12,057 nucleotides of DNA from Promethearchaeota archaeon (GTDB taxonomy: Archaea; Asgardarchaeota; Lokiarchaeia; Sigyniarchaeales; SOKP01). This document shows positions 1 through 6,397 of this stretch, in pieces; position 1 is the first letter of the stretch, and each line of letters begins with the position of its first letter. A model generated the notes under the pieces. It had not been told where the DNA came from, searched no databases, and was given only the letters and a program-made list of their open reading frames with translations. The stretch spans positions 1-12,057 of the forward strand of contig JBHLNT010000124.1 in NCBI GenBank assembly GCA_048941265.1. Direction: 5' to 3'. Both the position numbers and the translations under genes were made by a program.

Positions 1-1303
1 CATTATCTCTCAATCTTTCCCTTCTTATAGTTTTGAGGTAGTATAAATATTCATTTTTCCTTCTTTCTATTTCAGAATATAAATTAGCAAATATTTGCTT
101 ATGCTTAGTCGTTATATCCTCATAAGGTTTTAAAATTAAATCGTAATTTATGAAATATTTTTCGATTCCTTCCATTAAAGAATTAAGAATATCAATTTTA
201 TCAGAATAAAAATGTGCTATATTTTTGAATTCATCATATTCTTTTAAATCACTTATAGTAGCTTGATACTTATTTTCTAATCCTTTTAAATAATAATCAA
301 TTATTTGTGGTAAATAAGTGCCAAACTTTTGTTCTAAAAGTTTGGTTAAATTTATCTCTTTTTTACCCTCATCCAATTTGTATGTCTTATCTAATTCAAT
401 AATTTCATTTAGAATCTCCTTTAATTTGTCCTCAACTAGATTTTTAATTATCGGATTCATTAAAGATTTAATTTTATTTTTTACTTCTTTTCTATCAAGA
501 ACATTTACAAATTCTTCAATATCTTCTATATTGCCCTTGTATTCCTCAATAATATTCTTATCATACAAGAAAGCTACTATACCTTTATAAAAATCGAGAT
601 CTCCATTTTTTCGATTGCTGAAAAATCTATAAATATCATTGAAATGTACTGTAATGGCAAAATCTTTTTTTTTACGTTCCTTTTTATTAGTAGATTCCAT
701 CATAATTTTCTTAAAATTATCATAAAACTCCCTGAATTCTTCCCATTTTGTTATATCTTCTGTTAAGTTGTCTATTTTAAAGTACAGATTTTTTAATTTA
801 TTGACTTCAATCCAGATATAGGTATAATTATCATAAATCCCTTTAAGTTGATTTTCTGAAATTTTCAAATTAGAAGTTAGATCTTCATAATCATTAATGA
901 GACCTTGAATCTTTATTAACAATTCATCAAGTAAAGAACTGCTCTTTAAAAATCGCTTGGTATTTTGTCCATTTAGCTTAAAATTCAACAAATTGTTAAT
1001 TATTTTTTTAATCTCATTTTTTATTCCAGATTTTATGTAATAATGATAAAAATTAATCCTATTTTTAGATTCCTGTGTTGTTTTTAGATTATTAGAAATA
1101 AAGGTTTTCAGTTCGTTTAAATAATTTGAATAAAATTCAATTAATGAACTTGAAAATTTTGAGGAAAGATACTCGTCAATTTCAGTTTGATCAGCTTTAT
1201 CTGAATTTAATTTTAGTAGCTTTGTTTTTATTTCAATTAATTCTTCTTTCGTGAATCCATTTATTACTTCAATGTCATTAAAGTAGTTATTAATTAATTT
1301 CAA
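1..1303 (-). CDS. Large alpha-helical/coiled-coil-like hypothetical protein, 3' end outside window (>=434 aa); absent from the ORF track
   Basis: Manual minus-strand translation is stop-free from 1360 to position 1: (TTG 1303) MKLINNYFNDIEVINGFTKEELIEIKTKLLKLNSDKADQTEIDEYLSSKFSSSLIEFYSNYLNELK...YLPQIIDYYLKGLENKYQ...EIERRKNEYLYYLKTIRRERLRDN. K/E/L/I/N-rich. Start is uncertain (TTG 1303 with GGTG upstream, or TTG 1321). Confidence 0.85.
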   Translation of the reverse strand, partial: MKLINNYFNDIEVINGFTKEELIEIKTKLLKLNSDKADQTEIDEYLSSKFSSSLIEFYSNYLNELKTFISNNLKTTQESKNRINFYHYYIKSGIKNEIKKIINNLLNFKLNGQNTKRFLKSSSLLDELLIKIQGLINDYEDLTSNLKISENQLKGIYDNYTYIWIEVNKLKNLYFKIDNLTEDITKWEEFREFYDNFKKIMMESTNKKERKKKDFAITVHFNDIYRFFSNRKNGDLDFYKGIVAFLYDKNIIEEYKGNIEDIEEFVNVLDRKEVKNKIKSLMNPIIKNLVEDKLKEILNEIIELDKTYKLDEGKKEINLTKLLEQKFGTYLPQIIDYYLKGLENKYQATISDLKEYDEFKNIAHFYSDKIDILNSLMEGIEKYFINYDLILKPYEDITTKHKQIFANLYSEIERRKNEYLYYLKTIRRERLRDN

Positions 1304-1361
1304 GTTAAAGACACCATTCAATAATCCAAAATCAAAATGAAATTTTTGTAAATCTTTGTAT

Positions 1362-1382
1362 TAAAAAAAGTGGATTAAAAAA
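1362..1382 (-). terminator. Probable archaeal oligo-T terminator after the proteasome beta gene
   Basis: Minus strand reads TTTTTTAATCCACTTTTTTT directly after the TAA stop at 1383. Confidence 0.45.
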
Positions 1383-2003
1383 TTATTCTCCTAATTCCTT
1401 AATCTCAATAAATTTCTCCGTAGCGCCATCCTTAGTTATAGTCAAAATGTCAATTCCATTTCCACTCATTGCGTCTCGTGCTATTGAATTTCTAATTGCC
1501 TTCTCCACTAATTTTTCACCTTCTTCAACGGTCATTCCAGGTTTATATTCTGCCTCTAAAATTCCAATTGACATTAACATCCCCGTTCCTGCAGTACCAT
1601 AATCATCAGGCATTAAAGAACCTATTGCATCCAGAGTATATAGTGAAGGAACGCCGTCTTTTTCCATTCCAGCGATGACTAAATTTGTATATAATGGGTA
1701 CATCTTACGGGAATAAAGGTAATTAGAAACTAATTTACCCATGCTCTTAGTGGAAATTCTTGTCCCAGCATCTAATTCATATAAATTAGCTTGAGCCCTT
1801 AAAATTTTTACTAATAACTGAAAGTCACCTATTAATCCGTATGCTGTGAGCCCTATTTGGTCTGTAATCTTAAAAACTTTTCTTGTAGATTTATTTGTAA
1901 CCGTATATCCCCATGTCGCTCTTCTGTCATTACCTAGAACAACTCCATCTTTGCATTTTATTGCGACTCCACAAGCACCTGGAACCATAATTTGTTGTGC
2001 CAT
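1383..2003 (-). CDS. psmB: 20S proteasome beta subunit, probably non-catalytic (Thr1->Ala)
   Basis: Ntn-hydrolase motifs DGVVLGNDRRAT, KVFKITD, G-x-x-GDFQ, LDAIGS, GTG, RDAMSGNGID. Counting Ala10 as mature residue 1 puts Asp17 and Lys33 exactly in register. AAAGGT SD-like site upstream. Confidence 0.95.
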   Translation of the reverse strand: MAQQIMVPGACGVAIKCKDGVVLGNDRRATWGYTVTNKSTRKVFKITDQIGLTAYGLIGDFQLLVKILRAQANLYELDAGTRISTKSMGKLVSNYLYSRKMYPLYTNLVIAGMEKDGVPSLYTLDAIGSLMPDDYGTAGTGMLMSIGILEAEYKPGMTVEEGEKLVEKAIRNSIARDAMSGNGIDILTITKDGATEKFIEIKELGE

Positions 2004-2488
2004 CTTTTTTACCTTTTTTGATATTACTCGAATTATTGAATTATTTAATAGTTTAAAGGTATTAAGGTTAATTAAAATTTTTCTTTTAAATTATAATTTC
2101 ATTGTAAACTCTGCAATATATAATCAAAATTACTTAATGATAGGCAATTAATAATGTGTAATATCGAATTTATAATTAAAATCTCTTAATTAAAACTTAT
2201 TTTTGGTTCTAAATCAATTTATTACATAACATACTTGTTCGTAAAATAATGAATTACTATAATTATCCTTATTTCCATTTTGAAAACTATTTATACTTAT
2301 TATCTAATTTATTACATAATCTTATATACCGAGGATTAAAGTCTTTAACATAGATTCGGGATGAAAGCTCTTAATTTAAAATTTTTTAATTCTCCATAAA
2401 ATATTAATGAAATAGTAAAAGAAAGTATTTTTGCCAAATTTCGAGTATCAAGTATTTTTCTTATAAATAATGTAATTCAAATTTTGTA

Positions 2489-2557
2489 ATATGATCATAT
2501 CTACGATCATAAGAACTTTTATAAAGTTCAATCTTTATAAAGAATATCGTCGATATT
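2489..2557. promoter_or_regulatory. Cluster of four consecutive palindromes between divergent psmB and histone genes
   Basis: ATATGATCATAT (2489-2500), GAACTTT-TAT-AAAGTTC (2513-2529), TCTTTATAAAGA (2532-2543), AATATCG-T-CGATATT (2543-2557). Regulatory role is inferred from position. Confidence 0.5.
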
Positions 2558-2594
2558 TTTTTGATTTAACTTCATGTGACTTTACTCAATCTCC

Positions 2595-2608
2595 AATAAG
2601 TTTAAATA
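2595..2608 (+). promoter_or_regulatory. Putative BRE/TATA promoter of the histone gene
   Basis: AATAAG followed by TTTAAATA (2601-2608), about 100 bp upstream of the ATG. Matches the archaeal TATA consensus, but the background is AT-rich. Confidence 0.45.
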
Positions 2609-2692
2609 CAGCTTCGATCATATTAATAACTAAGAAAACTTTAAAATAAATTAAAAAAAAATTAAAAACAAAAACTTTAAAAAATTTTTTAA

Positions 2693-2698
2693 AGGAGG
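2693..2698 (+). promoter_or_regulatory. Shine-Dalgarno site of the histone gene
   Basis: AGGAGG ends 8 nt before ATG 2707 in an otherwise nearly G-free leader. Confidence 0.75.
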
Positions 2699-2706
2699 AA
2701 TAAAAA

Positions 2707-2925
2707 ATGGCTAAAAAGAAACATGCATTTGCATGGAGCCCAATTCGAAGGCTCATGAAACAACAGGGTGCCTCAATTGTCGCCAGAGATGCCGTAAATC
2801 TGTTAATTGATCATCTTGAGAAAACTGCAACTGGATTGACTGAACAAGCTCGAGCCTTTACCATGCACGCAAACAGGAAGAAAATAAACAAGAATGACCT
2901 TTTACTTTCTATTAAATACAAATAA
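2707..2925 (+). CDS. Archaeal histone (HMf-like single histone fold) with a short basic N-terminal extension
   Basis: SPIRRLMK..GA.IV..DAV...HANRKKI...DL.L aligns to HMfB APIGRIIK..GAERVS.DA...HAGRKTIKAEDIELA. Strong SD, T-rich terminator. Confidence 0.93.
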   Translation: MAKKKHAFAWSPIRRLMKQQGASIVARDAVNLLIDHLEKTATGLTEQARAFTMHANRKKINKNDLLLSIKYK

Positions 2926-2957
2926 AGAGATTTCTTGAATATCAATTTCAAAATTAA

Positions 2958-3001
2958 TTCTTTTTATTTTTTTTTCTATTTTTTTCTTACTTGTATTTTC
3001 T
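2958..3001 (+). terminator. Oligo-T terminator region of the histone gene
   Basis: TTCTTTTTATTTTTTTTTCTATTTTTTTCTT starts about 35 nt after the stop. Confidence 0.6.
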
Positions 3002-3205
3002 AAACCTAGTTTTAATTTAATTTAGAAAAATTTATTCTTATCTTTTTTTTGAAATTTGGCTTAACTAACTATTATTCTCTAAATAAAAATAATCTCTTAA
3101 CATTGATATTTAAAAACATAAAATTCAAAATTAATCTATACCCAAACTTATTTTTTTAAACATAACTTACTAGTATTATATCCTTAAAAAATTAAAGTTA
3201 ATAAA

Positions 3206-3850
3206 ATGATGGTTCAGGAAAATCAAAAGGTAAACGGGACGGCAAGAAAAATTCTTTTTGAATCCATGGAGCTCATAATGAAAAATCTCCAAGATAATAT
3301 GGAGCATCTCAATAAACCAAAATATTTTCAACATACTCAAAAATTTATAGAACTAATGTATGACGGAATAGTTAGTAAAAGACGATTTTTTTTATTAGCA
3401 TCAGGTAGAAGTGCATATATTTTACAGTGCTTCGCTACAAGATTGGTACATTTAGGTGCAAGACCTTATATGATTACCAACTTAACCAGTAATCCCGCCA
3501 TGCGTGATAAAGATATACTAATCGTCCTATCAGGTTCAGGAACGACTGAAATTGTGGTAAGCTTGTTAAATAGCTATGTCAATAAGGTGAAACCCTATGG
3601 AATTGTAACTATAACCTCTCATCCTGAAACAACGATTGGCCGTATGGGTGATATAACCATTAAATTAAAAGGAAGAACGAAAAGAGATAGGGCTATTGAA
3701 GAGGGGGATGACACAGCAATTTTAACTCCAGAAGGAACTGCTTTTGAACAAGTTGCCTTTACTTATCTGGATGCTATAATTGCTGAGTTAGCAATAAGAT
3801 TAGGTAAATCGAACGATGATTTATTAGGTAAACATGCGGTGGCAGAATAA
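3206..3850 (+). CDS. hxlB: SIS-domain sugar-phosphate isomerase, 6-phospho-3-hexuloisomerase (PHI/HxlB) family, divergent
   Basis: ASGRS (GxGRS), FATRLVHLG (FAMRLxHLG), SGSGTT (SGSGET), TSHPETTIG, PEGTAFE (PxGTxFE), C-terminal KHAVAE (RHANLE). Confidence 0.8.
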   Translation: MMVQENQKVNGTARKILFESMELIMKNLQDNMEHLNKPKYFQHTQKFIELMYDGIVSKRRFFLLASGRSAYILQCFATRLVHLGARPYMITNLTSNPAMRDKDILIVLSGSGTTEIVVSLLNSYVNKVKPYGIVTITSHPETTIGRMGDITIKLKGRTKRDRAIEEGDDTAILTPEGTAFEQVAFTYLDAIIAELAIRLGKSNDDLLGKHAVAE

Positions 3851-3855
3851 AATTA

Positions 3856-3893
3856 CTTTTTCTTAAATATTTATTTTTTATTTTCTTTTTTTT
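3856..3893 (+). terminator. Oligo-T terminator after the hxlB-like gene
   Basis: Several T tracts (TTTTT, TTTTTT, TTTTTTTT) follow the stop. Confidence 0.5.
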
Positions 3894-3931
3894 ACAGAAA
3901 AAAATTATTAGCTCAAAAAACATACTATACT

Positions 3932-4004
3932 TGTGCCCATTTTATAGTGCTTCTAAGAGGTTAATATATTATTATTACAATGACTAGAAGTCTCCATGGG
4001 CACA
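3932..4004. repeat. 73-bp nested inverted repeat (possible structured RNA or MITE/REP-like element)
   Basis: TGTGCCCAT (3932-3940)/ATGGGCACA (3996-4004); CTTCTA (3950-3955)/TAGAAG (3985-3990); TAATA (3962-3966)/TATTA (3973-3977). Confidence 0.65.
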
Positions 4005-4131
4005 CAATTTATGTAAGATTCGCGCTCAAATTTTCTCAGATTACTCATTTTTCAAGACAAAATATAAAAATAACCACTCATCTAAGTTCATACATTAAAT
4101 AATTAAACCTTATTGGAAGTAAGGCTTTATT

Positions 4132-5388
4132 ATGAAAATTGATGATTCATATTCCGATTATATGTATAATTTTGTTGACACTATCTGTAAAAAATATGGT
4201 CCTAGATATTCATGCAGTCAAGAAGAAAAAGACGCAAATATATGGATTAAAAGTGAGTTAGATAAATTCTGTGATAAAACTTTTATCGATGAATTTGAAA
4301 CTTATCCTGGACTCTATCCACAAGGTTTATTAAAAGTAGCTGGAATTCTGATTGCCATCTCGATAATCTTTATCCCTTTAATGTTTCCTCTCCCTATTTT
4401 ATCTTCCATTTTTGTTTTATTAGGGCTTTTTATTCTATATAGTGAGCTTATTTTAATGAAAGAATGGATTAGAATTCTATTTAAAAAAGGAACTTCAAGC
4501 AACGTTTTTGGTATTATAAAATCCACACAAGAAACTAAATTCCGTGTTATCTTTGAGGGACATAGTGATAGTGCCAAACAAATGAAAATTGCTACATATG
4601 AAAAAAAACCTCCTCGTATTAAAATAATTTTAGGAATCTATTTCTTGTTCCATACGATAATTTTTTCAATTTGGAAATTCATAGCACTAATTATTTATGG
4701 ATCTTCAATAATCCTCGTAGAATATTGGATTATTTCATTAACTTTTATAGATATTTTATATTTCATTCCTCTTATTGTAATATATCCACTATTTATCTGG
4801 GTTTTAAGAGGCTTTTTAGGAGATGTTGTTGTTCCTGGAGCAAATGATAATTTAGCGGCTAGTGCTGTGACTACTGCAATTGGAAAATATTTAAGTGAAA
4901 ATAAACCAAAAAACATTGAAGTATGGGTTGGAAGCATGGGAAGTGAAGAGGTTGGGGATAAAGGTGCAAAAGCTTTTGTAGAGAAATATGGAAAATTAGG
5001 TATATTAGATAATGCTTATACTGTAGTTTTAGAAGAATCTGGTGATGGTGATGAAATCCTCATTATACTAAAAGACATGCATAAGGCAACTTATAATATG
5101 GAAATAATTGAAAAAATTGAAAATGCGCATAAAAAAGTTAAACAGGAAAATCCAGATATATTACCACTTAGAAGAGGGAGATTAATAATAGGATCGTGTG
5201 ATGCATGCCGCTATATTCATAAGGGATATAAGGCAGCAGCAATAAAAGGCACGGAAAAAGGAAGAAATAAAGCTCCACATTGGCATTCTCCTGAAGATAC
5301 ACCAGAAAATATTAATAAAAAAGTTTTAATGGATTATTTAAAACTATCGCTCAAATTTATTGAGATAATAGATCAAGAATTTGATTAG
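4132..5388 (+). CDS. M28-family Zn-dependent peptidase with inserted transmembrane segments
   Basis: Metal-ligand motifs GHSDS, PGANDN, GSEEVG, VLEE, SCDA, HWHSPEDT. Two hydrophobic two-helix insertions flank the HxD motif. Confidence 0.88.
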   Translation: MKIDDSYSDYMYNFVDTICKKYGPRYSCSQEEKDANIWIKSELDKFCDKTFIDEFETYPGLYPQGLLKVAGILIAISIIFIPLMFPLPILSSIFVLLGLFILYSELILMKEWIRILFKKGTSSNVFGIIKSTQETKFRVIFEGHSDSAKQMKIATYEKKPPRIKIILGIYFLFHTIIFSIWKFIALIIYGSSIILVEYWIISLTFIDILYFIPLIVIYPLFIWVLRGFLGDVVVPGANDNLAASAVTTAIGKYLSENKPKNIEVWVGSMGSEEVGDKGAKAFVEKYGKLGILDNAYTVVLEESGDGDEILIILKDMHKATYNMEIIEKIENAHKKVKQENPDILPLRRGRLIIGSCDACRYIHKGYKAAAIKGTEKGRNKAPHWHSPEDTPENINKKVLMDYLKLSLKFIEIIDQEFD

Positions 5389-5413
5389 TTAAAGAAATTA
5401 TGGGTAACTATAG

Positions 5414-6307
5414 TTAACTTAAGAGAGCACCTATTGCACCACAAAATTCCGAATTTTTTAAAAAAATAGCTTTTTTTTTATTAATTCCACAAATAACTGA
5501 TAAGATTCTCTGTAAAATTTTATTATTTCGGAGAAATCCTCCACAGAAAATGAGATTATTTATCTTATAATTTTCAGCCATTAAATTCGCCATAGTTCCT
5601 AAATTCTCGCCAATTAAACAAATTAGAGAATTAATTACATCCTTTTTTTTTATATCGCTAAGATTGGTATAATTTTCAATTTTTCCAAATGAAGCGGCAG
5701 TAAATTCTCTAAATATTAAATTTATTCTATTATCTTTTGATTCATAAATATCAGATACTTTTAAATCTATATTATACCTATCTCCTGTTTCTGCTAACTT
5801 AATGGCCTTTTGAAAATCGTCTAAATTATATAATAATTTAATAAATCCCATAAAGAACCCCCCTCCTATTGCAGATCCACCTATATGTTTAAATGATTGT
5901 TTCTTCAAAAGAACTGAAGTCCCAGTCCCGATATTTATAATTAAAGAATCAGGTAAAACTTTTTTTTTAGTTAGCATAAATAATGATTCAATCCCTTTTG
6001 CGTTTGATTGAAATTCGTTTAATAAGGTTGAATCGATTCGTTTTACAAACTTTTCATGAATATTGAAAGCTCTTCCGCCTGTAAATTTATATTTTTCAAA
6101 ACTTTCTTGTTTAGATTCTAAAAACTTATTTATTTTATCAAAATCGGCTTGAGTTGACAATATTACCAAATGTAAATCATTTTGATTTTCAAGATATGCT
6201 ATTTTTGTTAAAGTTTGTCCAAGATCGATCCCAATCGCATTTTTAGGGATAGCCATATCCGATTGAGAGATTTGAATTTTAGCTATATTTTTTTCTAAGA
6301 TATTCAA
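5414..6307 (-). CDS. coaW: Type II pantothenate kinase (Fumble/CoaW family)
   Basis: GIDLGQTLTKI, TGGRA, NEF, INIGTGTS, GGSAIGGG, GDRYNIDLKVSDIY, AASFGK, FCGGFL, GAIGALL. Start is TTG 6307 or ATG 6256. Confidence 0.9.
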   Translation of the reverse strand: MNILEKNIAKIQISQSDMAIPKNAIGIDLGQTLTKIAYLENQNDLHLVILSTQADFDKINKFLESKQESFEKYKFTGGRAFNIHEKFVKRIDSTLLNEFQSNAKGIESLFMLTKKKVLPDSLIINIGTGTSVLLKKQSFKHIGGSAIGGGFFMGFIKLLYNLDDFQKAIKLAETGDRYNIDLKVSDIYESKDNRINLIFREFTAASFGKIENYTNLSDIKKKDVINSLICLIGENLGTMANLMAENYKINNLIFCGGFLRNNKILQRILSVICGINKKKAIFLKNSEFCGAIGALLS

Positions 6308-6338
6308 TCACTTCGCTAAAGTTTTAATTAAATTTCAA

Positions 6339-6361
6339 TTATAATATTATAAAAATATTTT
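6339..6361. promoter_or_regulatory. Probable bidirectional promoter core between PanK-II and the DUF362-like gene
   Basis: Perfect 14-bp palindrome TTATAATATTATAA (6339-6352) gives TATA-like sequence on both strands near the middle of a 90-bp divergent gap. It is AT-only, so specificity is low. Confidence 0.35.
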
Positions 6362-6397
6362 AATTAATAAATCAATTTTCCACAGAACTCTATAAGT

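Noticed and set aside
318-590. 90-aa plus-strand ORF
   Set aside because: Antisense shadow of the long minus-strand ORF, with F/S/I-rich mirror composition.
1496-2151. Plus-strand ORFs 1496-1678 and 1846-2151
   Set aside because: Antisense to psmB, with no motifs or SD.
3932-4004. tRNA or SECIS interpretation of the 73-nt hairpin
   Set aside because: No T-loop (TTCRA), D arm or cloverleaf on either strand. No properly placed AUGA/GA quartet, and neither flanking gene has an in-frame UGA.
4314-4937. Minus-strand ORFs 4314-4577 and 4695-4937
   Set aside because: Antisense shadows inside the M28 peptidase gene.
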